A stretch of DNA of 62,649 nucleotides, counting the filler, from Dugesia japonica (taxonomy: Eukaryota), in NCBI GenBank assembly GCA_001938525.1. It is 6 parts of 6 records of this genome, joined end to end, with 100 filler letters (N's around TTAATTAATTAA, not from the genome) between each part and the next. Parts side by side here need not be neighbours in the genome. Positions count along the whole stretch, not along the records: positions 24,553 to 32,824 come from MQRL01614238.1; positions 32,925 to 42,100 come from MQRL01648527.1; 4 more parts are not named here. One strand, written 5' to 3'. Of the stretch, positions 24,634-37,645 are shown piece after piece. Both the position numbers and the translations under genes were made by a program. The first letter of the stretch is position 1. Each line of letters starts with the position of its first letter. The notes under the pieces were generated by a model. The model was given only the letters and a program-made list of their open reading frames with translations. It was not told the DNA's origin and did not search any database.

Positions 24634-24850
24634 TCTATACTGATAATATTTTTATTTATAAAGGTCACCAGGGTGACATTTAAAATGAAAGAAATTGAAA
24701 ACGTATGAGTCAATTCAAATTTGAATTAGACTACATTTCGTTCCGGAGGATAAACAAAATGAATTGAGTCCATTCATATAATTTTTGATGCTACATTTTC
24801 GATTGAGTGATTCTGGTGGGTGCTCGCAGTGAGCAACGAAGCCCACCTAG
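24634..24850 (+). mobile_element. Non-autonomous Helitron (217 bp)
   Basis: 5' A|TCTATACTGATAAT...; 3' GC-rich hairpin GTGGGTGCTCGCAGTGAGCAACGAAGCCCAC followed by CTAG|T; inserted between A and T with no TSD. Confidence 0.8.
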
Positions 24851-25137
24851 TTTTGAAATTGTATAAAACAAGATATGAGAAGAAGAAAAGTAGTTGAGTT
24901 GATTTAAAAAAAGATATTACTGCTTAAAAGATTAAACATCACACAACAACAAAGGTTTTTGAAATTATCAACTAACAGGAGACCCAACAATCTAAAAATT
25001 CAAATTCAAGAATTATCAAAGGCAATTCAAACTCGAATAATAGAAAGTTATATATCTAATTAAAAGGTAATGGGACAAAATGTATTCTACTGATCCGAGG
25101 TCTCCACTCATCCCAGTATGTTAGGTATTGATAATTA

Positions 25138-25290
25138 AAAGAGATGAATGTTAAATAATGATAATGAAAAGAGATGAATGTTAAATAATGATAATGAAAA
25201 AAGATGAATGTTAAATAATGATAATGAAAAGAGATGAATGTTAAATAATGATAATGAAAGAGATGAATGTTAGATATTGATAATGAAAAG
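25138..25290. repeat. 30-bp minisatellite (AAAGAGATGAATGTTAAATAATGATAATGA, about 5 copies)
   Basis: Directly visible. Confidence 0.9.
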
Positions 25291-26476
25291 AAACGGATAT
25301 GTAAATGCTAATAAAGAAATGAATGTTTAAATGNNNNNNNNNNNNNNNNAAGTTAATATTTACTGGTGATGGTTCGGAGCCCTGTGGAGAAGCGTAAATT
25401 ATATTTTATTATTTTAATTTTATGATTTTATTGTATAATTCTTATTTTAATCTTAGTTTATAATGGCCTTTAATATAAATATATTTTACTTATAAATGTT
25501 TTATTATTAATTATAATTTTATGCTTTGATAATGATGATGTCGTTAATAATATAAATGCTTTAAGATTTGATTATTTCTCAGAGTTGTTAATAATTTTAG
25601 TTAGGAAGTATATTATATATTAATCATAAAAATGATAATTTTTATAACTAATCGTAAATAATGTTTTAACTTTTCCTGACTCGATAATTGAATGAAATAA
25701 ATAAAATATCTTGATTATACATGGAAACAATAAAAGTCAATTAACATCAGGATGAGTTGTGATAAACAGCGAGGTGTTTCCTATCGAAAAGGAATTTTTT
25801 GGATATAAGGTTTTGGGTACCAATTCTAATATATAATATATTTTTGTATTAATGAATTAATAATGTAACAATAAATTATAGGTTATGAACTATGAAGTCT
25901 TGAATGATTATTTCAGTAAATCGAATATAATTTTAGGAATATTAATAAATGTATTTTCAATAAATCCGGTTAATATTTCTGGATACTTTTATTTAGTTAT
26001 TATTTCAGTTATTATTTCAATATAACTAACTTATAGATATTTGTAATAATTATTCATGTAATTTCGGTTAGATAAGATATTTGAATTATGATTTTAATTA
26101 TTATTTATGATTAGTTTATTGATATTTTAAATAATTATTTTGGTATTATGAAATGTTTCAATTAAATGTTTTCTGTTTAAATTTTGATAAGCAACTCATC
26201 TTATAATATACTATTGATTAACAATATGATAATTGATCGAGATTTTAAATAATTATTTAAACTGAATGCCGCTACTTAAAATCTAGCCTAATAATAATAG
26301 ACGCATAGCGAAGGAGGAAGCTGAATTCCCTGAGAACATTAAGGTACGAAGTTCTCGCCGAGGAATTCTAACTCATGTTTCTCTGAAGTAACAATAATTA
26401 TAGGAGAGATCGATTGTAGAGTAAAGGAATTAACGATTTCATGCAACTGATTATTATTTAACTATGAATTGTTTAG

Positions 26477-26926
26477 ATGTCGAGAAGGATAAATTTATCA
26501 GAGGCCCAGAAATTGCTGAATGGGTGGTCATTTACTTCCGGAAAATATAATGATATGCCAATTCTATACGATTCATGGGGTGAAGCAAGAACCGATCAAG
26601 ACCCCTGGTGGGTAACTGAAAGTAAAATACGAATACGAGACACCAAAATCCAGGAACAAAAAGAGGAAATACGGAGGCTGCGACCTCATGTTAAACAGTT
26701 ACAAGAGCAGCTCAATGATCAGGAGAAGGATCGACAACAACAGAACACCGCACTAGCAGATTTGTTGTCTCGTGCCTCGGATCATTTAAGACAAGCTCCA
26801 AACATCACAGATCGTCAGACGGTGCTGAAGAACAATCTCCTCACCCGGAATCAGGCCGGTAAAAGAATCTGGCAACAAATCGAACATGCAATGCCTGTGC
26901 TTACAGCTCATTTAGAGACGCTATAG
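26477..26926 (+). CDS. Orphan 149-aa protein with a central coiled coil; probably preceded by spliced leader exons
   Basis: Intact ORF, GC-richer than its flanks; ATG directly after TGTTTAG; candidate upstream introns 26344-26403 (60 nt) and 26421-26476 (56 nt). Confidence 0.55.
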   Translation: MSRRINLSEAQKLLNGWSFTSGKYNDMPILYDSWGEARTDQDPWWVTESKIRIRDTKIQEQKEEIRRLRPHVKQLQEQLNDQEKDRQQQNTALADLLSRASDHLRQAPNITDRQTVLKNNLLTRNQAGKRIWQQIEHAMPVLTAHLETL

Positions 26927-27239
26927 ACAGAGGAGGTAGTAGAGTCGAAAGTGTGATAATGTGTATGAATTAATATATTTTGAAAATGTCGTTGTTAGCA
27001 CTTACTGTGAATTCACATAAACTATAAATGATTTAAAATAACAGAATTANTTAAACGATAAACGATACAAATAAAATGTTTAAAACAAACATGTCGAAGT
27101 AAAACAAAACATGATGAAATTAAAGAATTCACTAAATCAAGTAGTTTTTATCGAAGCAGCCACTCGACACTAAATTATTATAGTCATAGCACAGATTTGC
27201 AAATTAAATTAACATACAAATTTCATAAATTATTTAGAT

Positions 27240-27608
27240 ATGTCAATCAAGATCACAAAACCTACAAGAGAAGAGTTGTTGATCGAACAGCAGAATACTC
27301 GGACAGAGATCAAGAGATTGAGGAAAGAGAATCGTGAATTGTGAGAGACGGCAGGTAAGACTAAGAAGAAGTTGTCCACCTTGAAAGAAAGATTGAGTGT
27401 GAGTAGAAGAAGGGAACTCACACTCATAGTTAACAATCGGATGATAGCCGAGATTATTAAAGATTACATCGATCGAGAGAGTATCATACTCAGAGCGTCA
27501 ACGATCAAGGAGAAACAATCACAGAAGAAACCATTTTCGGTTCACCATGAACAGCGATTGAATAAATACATATTGAGTTCAGAGTTGTTTTCTTTCCCTT
27601 CGATTTAG
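27240..27608 (+). pseudogene. Orphan coiled-coil ORF with one internal stop (MSIKITKPTREELLIEQQNTRTEIKRLRKENREL*...FSFPSI)
   Basis: ATG 2 nt after TATTTAG; continuous with ORF 27372-27608 across a single TGA. Confidence 0.5.
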
Positions 27609-29197
27609 AACAAAAATAAGAGCCAATTTCAACCAGAAATTTCTGTCAAGACGAGATACCGCGTAGTCTCCTAAACTCGGAAATGGGGGATCATGATGTA
27701 GGAGAAGACATCACAAATTTCTGTGGTTACTAAGTATCATCCCCCAGACAACCTTTTGTTTTAAAAAACAACATAGCATCAAAAATTTAGATACGCAGGA
27801 GTAAATATAGCTAAAATCAAAAGCCTAGTAACCCAACATGTATTATATATGATTTATTATTTATTNNNNNNNNNNNNNNNNNNNNNNNNNNNNNNNNNNN
27901 NNNNNNNNNNNNNNNNNNNNNNNNNNNNNNNNNNNNNNNNNNNNTTATTATTTATTATTTATTATTTATTATTGTTATATTTTATTTCATAAAAAATAAA
28001 TGATTTTGCTACAAGAAATTTTAATTAAAATTTTAGTTTCAAAGAAAAGTTTAATAAGTTTAATAATATCAATCATTTTGGCAAACAAGGATTCAACACT
28101 AGATAATATTTTGGATTCCATGTTTGTATTAATAAAAGGGTTTAGAGTGAAAAAACATTATTCTAAAGATTATTCTGAAAGTAGTCTCTATTTTCAAAAC
28201 GCCTTCTTCGGAGGTAATGTGTCGTTGATATAAACAGATGAAAATCAAAAGCCACAAGATCTACCGAGTTTAGTGAATGTGGTAGTATTTCAATTCTACC
28301 AAACTGTTAATAGTTTCCGCTGATTTTCATGAGACACGTAGCCTAGAATTATGAATTCGCAACAAAACATTCTTCCGGTTGATATAAATTAGGATATTTC
28401 ATAACTTCGCAAATTCTTTTCAAGTGTGTTGAGTAAATTTCCAATTTTATACTTTGGCTATATGATAAACGTTTGCCATCACAACTTTTTTCAAATTGTA
28501 GGACTTTAGGATAAAATAAGTGACTCATTTTGGAATAGCCATTGCTATTTTTGGATATTTTAACAATACCAACTTTTTATCTTTGCAACAATCTTATCAA
28601 AAACCGTTAATTCAATATGATATTCAATTGCATTTTACAAATTTGAAACCGTTTGATCACCTAAACTTAAATCAGCTCATAAAGATCTATTGTAGGTGCT
28701 CTATATTTTTTTTACCTATTGTGCAAAGATTGTGAAGAATATCTGAATTTGCTAATTGACAACTAGGGTGAGACAGACTGGATTCTTCATACTCCCGCAA
28801 GATACTTTCCTCTAAAAAAAAAGTCTTTGTTCGTGTTCGAGGCTTGTTTCACAATTGTTGACAAACCACAATCTTGCTGTGATTTCTTTAATCTCATTAC
28901 AGCCTTCAACTTTGGCGATAAAATGGGTGTCTTCGAAGGCAAACATCATTCGTTTCCAATAATGTAATAAAATTACCAAAATTTCGTATTTTACTATAAT
29001 CTTGGGCGCAAAAAATTTCAAATTAAAAACATTATCAGAAAAATAAAGTTCATTTATTTATTATTAAATAATAATAATTAATTTATATTAATTTCAACTA
29101 AATAAAGTTCTTTTTAGTTTACGTCAAATATAAAAATATTGAATTATTAATTTATATCAAAACCTCCTTTTTAGATAATCTAATATTATTATTATTG

Positions 29198-29269
<72 letters not shown>

Positions 29270-29539
29270 NNNNNNNNNNNNNNNNNNNNNNNNNNNNNNN
29301 NNNNNNNNNNNNNNNNNNNAAATAGAGTTAAGCATAAAATGACACTGTAACAAATATATATAGCCTTTCATGAATTGGTTATGTAATAATGTCTGAGCAC
29401 TAAAATCACACACACATTCAAACAGACAATCACGCGTTCACCTAATATCACATACATATGTCAATTTACTTATATAAAGGTCAATATGAAAATATTATAT
29501 TAATCTTAGTCATATCTCACATTTCCCATTTTTAAAGTT

Positions 29540-31080
29540 TTTTAGCCATTCAATATTTTTATTATTTTTTTTACCATTAACAAGTTCTAATTTAAAACTC
29601 CTATTATGTATTTTCTTTATAATTATTGCTGGTGGTTCTTATATGTTTTCATTTTTATGTGAACTTTTAATTAAACCCAATAATAAATTTTCTAATTGTA
29701 TTATTTTTTTCTAAATTTTTGGAAATTTAATATTTATATAAATTGTTTATTATTCTTTTACGCTTTATATTTCTTTTATTTACATTTTTTTATCATTCTT
29801 AACAATCCATTCTTTGTGTTAATTTTCCCAAAAAACTATTTCATTCGTGGTTATCTGAATATTGGTGTTTATCATAAATCCTTTTTCTGATAAAATTTCG
29901 GCTCAGTCCTGCATTTTCCTTTCCTGTAAACTAACATAAATGGTATCTCTTATTGTTCGAAATTGTCTTAAAATTTTTCCATTACTACTATGATGATATG
30001 GACGTGAGTATTAGATTTCACAATTAAATTCATGAACTAATTGTCGGAATAGACTTCATACAAATGATTTTCAACAATCTGTATGTATTATTCTCGGTGC
30101 CCCATATTTCAAAATCCAATTATTTTTTTTAATATTTTAATAGTGGTTTTTGAGATATATAAATCTACTCAATTTATTAATTATGGCTAAAATATATTGT
30201 TTTCCATAAAAGTTTTCTTTAAAGAACCACAAAAATTAATATGAATTTTCAAGATGTCATCAGCTAGAATACTAATAATTTTTGCTTTTGTTTGAGTTCT
30301 CTGTGTTTTACTTAATTCACAATTTTAAAACTTCGAGTAATCGCTTTTATAATTTCTTCTAGACTTTTCATATAATATATTTTTTCTTATATGATCTGCC
30401 ATTTTTCGAGATGCTATATAATATAATGAATCGTGTTCGTTTCTTACAAATAAATTTCTGCTTTCTAAAGAAATCCAAATTTTATTATCATTTATCATTA
30501 TTATTTCATTTGAAAACTTAAATTTTATATTCATTTCATCATTTTTAAGTTACCTTTTATAATAATAATTTTGTCAGAGTTTTCTTATTACCATTTGTTT
30601 TCATTTTCCATTTTTTCACATTTTCATGATTCATTTGACATTGAATACATGTTTCGCAATAATTCCTCGACACTGCAACTGCATTTAAATGATATTCTCC
30701 TTTTCTGTATTCCATAATCATGTAAAAACTACTTAAGTAATTGATCAATGTCAGGAATTGTAGAGTAATCGGTTTTTTGGTATTATTCATAAAAGTTTAA
30801 ACTTTTAATCTTTTCCTGTATAAATAGTGTTTATAATGTTCTGTAAAAACATTTATTGCTAGAAGGTCTTTTATGGTTAAACAATAAACTAATTCATGCT
30901 TACTCTTTAGCTATAACCCGTTCATCTAACTGTGATAATACTCCACCAATTGTATCAAAGCTAGCATCTGTCTCCATTATGAATTCTTTGGATAAATAAG
31001 TATAGGAGCCTTTATTAATTATCGTTTCCACATAAACTTTCTAATATCCTCAAATGTTAAGAATAAATTTAAATGAATTT
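29540..31080 (-). mobile_element. Degenerate Gypsy pol fragment (RNase H and integrase)
   Basis: METDASFDTIGGVLSQ, KKPITLQFLTLINYLSSF, CETCIQCQMNHE, WILKYGAPRIIHTD; homologous to 36000-37200. Confidence 0.85.
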
Positions 31081-31224
31081 TCTGTAATCATTTGTAAACC
31101 TTAAAAATCCACAAATTTTTTTCCAACTCTTTGGTTGTTCAAATTATTTAATTGCTTTTGCATGAATAATTTATTTTCGTTTTCGTAGAAAATAAGCAAT
31201 TTGTTTTTAATTTCCATCACTCCA

Positions 31225-31590
31225 AAAAGTACGTTACCTCGAGAAAGCCCCATAATATCTGTATAAAGAAGCAAGCCTTCATATTTTGCTTCTATCGCTT
31301 AACACAGTTGCTTAATAATGCGAGATTTCAACTGTCTCGACTTGATGTAATTGACAATATTAACAACGCCAGTCAAAACACTTTCTAATTCTTTGAGTAA
31401 TATTTTTACAATGAGTGCTTCCCTATTTAAGAAGCAGTGGTTTAAATAAATCATATTGTTTTGTTGTTTTGCAAATGTCACAAATCCTTTGACTGACCCT
31501 ACCAATGATGGAGCTCCATCAGTACAAATTCTCCCCCATTGTTCCCAGGTTAATTTTAAATGTTCAAAGTAAGAATTAGTTACAATGATT
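31225..31590 (-). mobile_element. hAT (SCAND3/ZBED5-like) transposase fragment
   Basis: ICTDGAPSLVGSVKGFV...HCFLNREAL...VNIVNYIKSRQLKSR. Confidence 0.9.
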
Positions 31591-31679
31591 AACACTTTGT
31601 TTTAATATTATTTAGAAATTGTGTAATTTTTGATTTATAATAAATATTTAAATGAAGTCTGAAAATGTTAATGTATTGA

Positions 31680-32824
31680 CACGCCAACAACGAAAATTAA
31701 TTTTGAAGCCTTGCCTAAGAAGACTTAATAGCTTATCAATTTTAATATAAAAAAATATGATGGCAAAGATGCTTCAGACGCTACATCATGGCTGAAAGAA
31801 ATCGTCGAATAGTTCATTGTCAATGATTTAAGCTTGATGGGAATTTTCTATCTCTTGTTATCAGATGAAGCCGGAGTTTTATGGAAAAATTTTAAGTAGG
31901 ACGGAATTACGAAACAAGATGCAAAAACGTGGTTTGTAAATACTTTTACAATAAAGAAGTCTATCACGGAAATGATAATCGAGCTTGCAACAGTTAAACA
32001 AGAATCAGAAAAANAATTTNCAACGTTCAAGATACGAGTAAGAAATTTAGTTTACTGTGTATTGAATTCAGAGTTACGTAATNACGAAATTGTAAATGAT
32101 TTGCTTACAAAGAAATTCAGGAATAAGCAGAGTAGACATGAATGGAGTAAAATTGGAAATGTTGTGGGATTCGGGAGCATTGATTACAGTTATGAGCAAA
32201 GAGTACTGGTTGAAGGTAAGAAAACTATTCTTGTTATGTTGTAACGTCATATTAAATGAGATATTTTTGAGCAGTAAAGAGAGGCGTTAGAATGTGTAGA
32301 ACTGAGCATTAAATAGAATAATAAAGTGAGAGTTATTAAAATCATAATAGTTAAAAAGATACGACCACAATAAAGTTTTTTTGAAACAAAGTATATGCAA
32401 TGAAAAGCTTTGGGATAAAACTGACAGAAGTTAATAATAAAAACACTCAAACGATGAAAAAAAGAATTACGCATTAAATGTCTTCAAAGAAACAAATAAC
32501 AAATATATAAATGATCTAATTTTGAAGTTTGGTGAAATATTCATGGCATCTAAGTTTGATATATGACATACAAAATAAGTAATACACGAAATAAAAGTAT
32601 TTGGAGATCAAATCTTTCAACATCCAGAAGACAACCAATGTACTTGGAAAAGAAAATTAACGAAATAATACTGAATTTAATAAGTATTGGGTTAATTAGC
32701 AAATGTAAAAGTCCGTGGAATTCACCTTTAGTAATGGCTGGAAAAAAATATGGTTCGATAATAATGTGTGTCGATTATTGAGAATTGAATATGATCACTG
32801 AAAAAGTTTCATTTCCGATGGCAG
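31680..32824 (+). mobile_element. Degenerate Gypsy gag-protease-RT fragment, cut at the spacer
   Basis: Protease-like LWDSGA, RT N-terminus CKSPWNSPLV...MCVDY. Confidence 0.8.
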
Positions 32825-32924
32825 NNNNNNNNNNNNNNNNNNNNNNNNNNNNNNNNNNNNNNNNNNNNTTAATTAATTAANNNNNNNNNNNNNNNNNNNN
32901 NNNNNNNNNNNNNNNNNNNNNNNN
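32825..32924. other. Artificial contig-joining spacer
   Basis: 44N + TTAATTAATTAA + 44N. Confidence 0.95.
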
Positions 32925-33074
32925 TTTAGTTTCGACTTTTTAATTATATTTTGCATGATTTGGCTACATTTCTCATTAATAAAAGGTAATTTAATTTATC
33001 TTATTTTAATGAAATCTCAAATTTGATCAATGGTTAAGTCCAACAATTACTCTCACAATAATTGGAATTATAAA

Positions 33075-33177
33075 ATTCCTTTTTTTAATTTATTTAAAAC
33101 TTTTAATAATCGATTTTCATCATTAATTGGCTATAGTACGTTATTTTTTCTTGAGTTTAATCATTGAAATTTATGTG
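33075..33177 (-). mobile_element. Continuation of the Penelope-like RT ORF on the far side of the Gypsy insertion
   Basis: Reads HKFQ*LNSRK...DENRLLKVLNKLKKGI, continuing in frame from ...KIMMILNT at 37646 across the TSD. Confidence 0.6.
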
Positions 33178-33359
33178 TATGAGGAAAGACTTATTATTTA
33201 ATAATTTTTAGCCAATAGAAATTGAGTTAAAGATTTTTAAAATACTATTCAATAATCATTTCTCTTATTAAGTATAGTTTGTAGTAGTAAAATAAAAAAT
33301 GTCTAAAAATATGAATTTTGATTTGCAAAATGAATTAAAAATTGAAGATTTACCTAACA
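33178..33359 (+). repeat. 5' LTR (TATGAGG...CCTAACA)
   Basis: Direct repeat of 37454-37645, immediately followed by the PBS. Confidence 0.92.
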
Positions 33360-34419
33360 TGGTGGCAGCGGTAAATACCGATTCTATTGTTAAGAGTTTA
33401 TCACCGAAGATATTCTGCAGAGAAGATGATACTGAAAAATTTATCAAAAGGTGTGAATTGTATTTTGAAACTAAAAACATCACCCATGTGAAACAACAGG
33501 AGAGATTAATCTCTTGTTTGTTAGATGAATATTTGTTGGAAGAATATGCAAAGAAGTTGAAAAATGTTGAAGGTCTCAAGGCTGGCTTATGTATGGCATT
33601 TGAGAAAAAGAAAGATGTTATCAAAGAATTTCAAAATCTGATTAACTACAGGCGTGTAGATGAAGAAATTCAAGGTTATTTTAGAAATGTAAAAGATTTA
33701 GTAAAATGATTATTTACAAATAAAAATTTTACTGAAGAAAAATGGTTGCAAAGATGCTTGTATATTGTTCCGTTAACAAAAAAGTTGAAGAAGTGACTTT
33801 GCGGAAACGAGAGAATATAGAAGAAATTGAAGAAACGATGACGTTTGTAGATTGAATAGAGAAAAACAGAGATCGAATTGATGCAGTTAGAAGTTACGCG
33901 AAAGCTGCAAATCGAAATTATCAGAAACCTGTAAATCACACAGTGAATAGACATGTGGAGCAAAGAAAGGAAAAACAAAATATTGAATGTTGGTTATGTC
34001 ATAAGATCGNTCATACTAAAGCAAATTGTCCGACAAAAAAAGTGGTAGAGTGCTGGAGTTGTCATAAAACAGGACATATAAGTCGAGATTGTCCAAAATA
34101 AAAACCAACAAAATGTTTTGGTTGTGGAAAGGTTGGGCATATTAGAAGATTATGTCAAGAAGTGAGGTGTAAACGATGTGGTAATGGTGGACATAGAGCA
34201 GAAGAGTGCTACACAAATTTGAAAGTGAAAATAACAAGTGAGATATTTATGACTGCAGAAAGATCAAGAAACCAATATAATCGAGTACATGCGATTGAAG
34301 ATGAAGATGTCAGTACAAACGATGGATATGAGGATGCATATGAAAGTGATTCCGATAGACAGTACCCAAAAGGCAGGGCTCCACCAGTAGAGAAGTTGGT
34401 TGGAGCCATCCATTGTTAA
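33359..34419 (+). pseudogene. Gag with four CCHC zinc knuckles, disrupted
   Basis: CWLCHKIxHTKANC, CWSCHKTGHISRDC, CFGCGKVGHIRRLC, CKRCGNGGHRAEEC. Confidence 0.85.
33360..33372 (+). promoter_or_regulatory. Primer-binding site, probably tRNA-Leu
   Basis: TGGTGGCAGCGGT abuts the LTR; complementary to ...ACCGCUGCCACCA, a tRNA-Leu 3' end. Confidence 0.75.
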
Positions 34420-37400
34420 ATAAAGTTAGTAATTATCCTCAAGAAGTCGAAAAGTGGGATGATATAGGAAAAGTTACAGAAAACATTTACAGGTTTTTAA
34501 AGAGAGAAACCTTTTGCGGATGATAGAAAAATAGAATGGGTCGGAATAGTTTTAGTATGAAAGAAAATTGCAAGGCAGACCAAGTGTTACGATATCAATT
34601 CAAAGAGAAAAAGTAGAATGTCTATTAGATACAGGTGCTCGAATTAACGTTATGAGTTTGAGTTGCTTTAATAAATTACGAGAAGGAAATTTAGAAATGA
34701 GTGATGATAGATTGCGTTGTGCAAATAATGGTACACTTGAAATTGTTGGAAAAGTTAAAATTGGAGTGATAATTGATGAAGTTTGCAAAGAGATTATTTT
34801 TTTAGTTGCTGAAAGAGTGAAACCAGATCTGATAGGGGGAATAGATATGCAGACGATTTTTGGATATCAGCTTATGCGAAAGGTCGATAGCAAAACGGAT
34901 GAAAAAGTATACAATTACATTTGTAATATTGAAGCAAAATGTGGACGGCAAATTAAAAATGGAGAGCGATAGACAAGAGCTTTAAATATCTTGAAAATTA
35001 AAGAGGATCAACGGTTATTGACAATAAAGTAAAAAAGATGCTTTTATGACAGATAAATGATATGTAGAACGCACACATGTGACAAGACACAAAATAATCA
35101 CAAGTGGTGAACCAATCAATGTAAAATTGTATAGACAACCAATGAACTTAGAATTTAAAATTGAAGAAGCTATCCAAAACCTTTTCGAGAATAATATTAT
35201 CCGAAAATGCAACTCTCCATGGAATACCCCATTGATATGTGTTTGGAAAAAGGAAAAGAAAGACATAAGCATATGCTTAGATTTTAGACAATTGAATGCA
35301 GTAACGAAAAAACAAACCTTTCTTATGCCTAATGCTGGACAAGTTAGATGAAGCCAAATATTTCAGTTCAATAGATTTGAGAAATGCATACTATCAGGTA
35401 GAGCTCGAAAAAGAATCTGAAGAAAAAACGGCGTTTTCAACGAAGCACGGCAATATTGTTTTAATAGAATGCCATTTGGCATCGCAGCAGCACCAGGAAC
35501 ATTTCAAGAGATGATGACAAAATTGGTAGGCGGATACAATGGAGCCATGGTTTATCTGGATGACATTCTGATATTTACAAACAATAAAGATCAACACTAT
35601 GAAGTAATTGAAAGAGTATTGATGGAAATAATGAAAGCTGGTCTAAGAATTAATCCAGAAAGTGTCAATTTCTTCAAAGTGAAATCAAGTTTCTTGAACA
35701 CATAATTAGCAATGATAGTGTTAGAACTGATCCGTCTAAAATAAAAGCTATAAAAACATTTGGAAAACCTAACTGTGTGAAGAAGTTACAAAGTTTCTAG
35801 GGAATCTGTAATTATTACAGGAAGTTTATAGAAAACTACGCACGAAAATCAAAGATATTAGAGCAGGTGTGTAGCGGACCAAGCAACAAAACATTAGAAT
35901 GGACAGATGAAATAAACGATACTTTTGATGGTCTAAAATAATCTTTAATAAATGCACCAATATCGTGTTTTCTGGGCATAAACAAAGAACTTATATTAGA
36001 TACAGATGCCAGTTTCGATACAATTGAAGCTGTATTGTCACAGAGAGATAAAGAAGGGAGAGAAAGAGTTGTTGCCTATGGATCACACTTAATGACAAGT
36101 CATGAAAAGGGCTACTGTATTACAGGAAAGGAGTTATTAGCTGTTTATTATTTCTGTTTACATTTCAAACATTATTTGTATGGTAGAAGATTTACTCTTA
36201 GAACAGATCACAAAGCTCTAACTTTCATGATGACGTCGAAGAAACCAATTACGTCGCAATTCCAGACATGGATTAATTATTCGAGCAGTTTAGACATGGT
36301 TTTGTAATATAGAAAAGGACTTTAACATGCTAATGCAGATATGTTATCTAGACCAAGATGTGAGGTATGTGTACAATGTCAAATGTCACATGAANNNNNN
36401 NNNNNNNNNNNNNNNNNNNNNNNNNNNNNNNNNNNNNNNNNNNNAACGAGAATATTGAATATAATTGAAAAGGAAAAAGAAGATCATTTAAACATTTCTG
36501 AGGAAACAGATTTGATCATGAAACTTAAAATTCCTGATGACAACTTACATGAAACAATAGAAGAAATACATAAATTATTATGTCATGCAGGAGTTGAAAA
36601 GGTGTACGAATATATGAGAAAAAGTATATTGCAAAGAATTTGTGAAGCCAAATACAGAAGATAGTTAAAGTTGTGAAATTTGTCAGAAGATTAAAGTAGT
36701 GACAACACCAACTAAAGAGAAGACAAAGAGTTTAGCTACCAATTTATTTGAAGTGATATTCACAGATATATGTGGGCTAATGCGGGAAACAAGTGGACAG
36801 AAAAATACATTCTTGGAATAATCTACCAGTACAGTAAATATATGGTTCTTATACCATTGCCTAGACAAGACGAGGAAACAATATGAAAAGCTATTTTTGA
36901 AAAGTAGATATTCAGATTTGGATGTCCAAGAGAGATAAGATTAGATTGTGGAAAAGCGTTTGAACCCAGTGTTATGAGAGAGTTTGCACAGAAGCTAGAT
37001 ATTAAACTTTGCTTTTCGAGTCCATATCGTCATAACAGACAAATTAAAAGACAGTTCAGGAAAATTCGAGATTTGATTAATGCAACACTTCAGAAAAGAA
37101 AGTCAACAGATTTGGGAGATCTTTTACTGGAAATAGAGTTTACAATGAACGCAACCAAACGAAATACGACTGGAAAGAGCCCGGCTAAGATTTTATTTGG
37201 AAATAAAATTAGCAGAGAAAAGTGGTATGAGTCAGATGTTTCAGAAAGAGCTAAAGCAAACACTTCAGACGTGATTACTAAAAGATAGTTCAAAGTGGGC
37301 GATATGGTACTCATCAAGGTAGAAACAAGAAATAAACGCCAAGACAGCTTTGAAGGAGAAAATTCATGAAAGGTGGTATGCGGTACAAGGAGAAAATGGA

Positions 37401-37445
37401 CAACGANTAGAAAGAAATGTGGAAAAACTTAGATTGTTTCTTAAG
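34400..37445 (+). pseudogene. Pol (protease-RT-RNase H-integrase), frameshifted
   Basis: LLDTGARINV; CNSPWNTPL; CLDFRQLN; MPFGIAAAPGTFQ; YLDDILI; LRTDHKAL; EIHKLLCHAG. Confidence 0.92.
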
Positions 37446-37453
37446 AAGGGGGA

Positions 37454-37645
37454 TATGAGGAAATAATTATTATTTAATAATTTTAAGCCAATAGAAATTG
37501 AGTCAATTCTGGATAAAGATTTTTATAATAATATTCAATAATAATTTCTCTTATTAAGGATAGTTTGTAGTTGTAAAATAAAAAATATCTAACAATATGA
37601 ATTCTGATTTGCAAAATGAATTAACAATTGAAGATTTACCTAACA
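37454..37645 (+). repeat. 3' LTR, preceded by polypurine tract AAGAAGGGGGA (37443-37453)
   Basis: Direct repeat of the 5' LTR. Confidence 0.92.

Larger units (their letters stand above)
33178..37645 (+). mobile_element. Full-length degenerate Gypsy (Metaviridae) LTR retrotransposon, about 4.47 kb
   Basis: Two ~185-bp LTRs, PBS, PPT, TSD ATGTG/ATTTG (4/5), gag with CCHC knuckles, protease LLDTGA, RT YLDD, RNase H LDTDAS, integrase HHCC and core, in Gypsy order. Confidence 0.96.

Noticed and set aside
24815-24850. GC-rich hairpin as a structured ncRNA or terminator
   Set aside because: Better explained as the Helitron 3' hairpin plus CTAG.
28000-29021. Coding-like degenerate stretch (also 44800-45330 and 56500-56900)
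   Set aside because: Probably transposon remnants, but no diagnostic motif could be read, so they were not annotated.
24085-29413. Poly-Ile and poly-Tyr ORFs (24085, 24501, 29192; also 56273)
   Set aside because: Translations of (AAT/ATT)n microsatellites and N runs.
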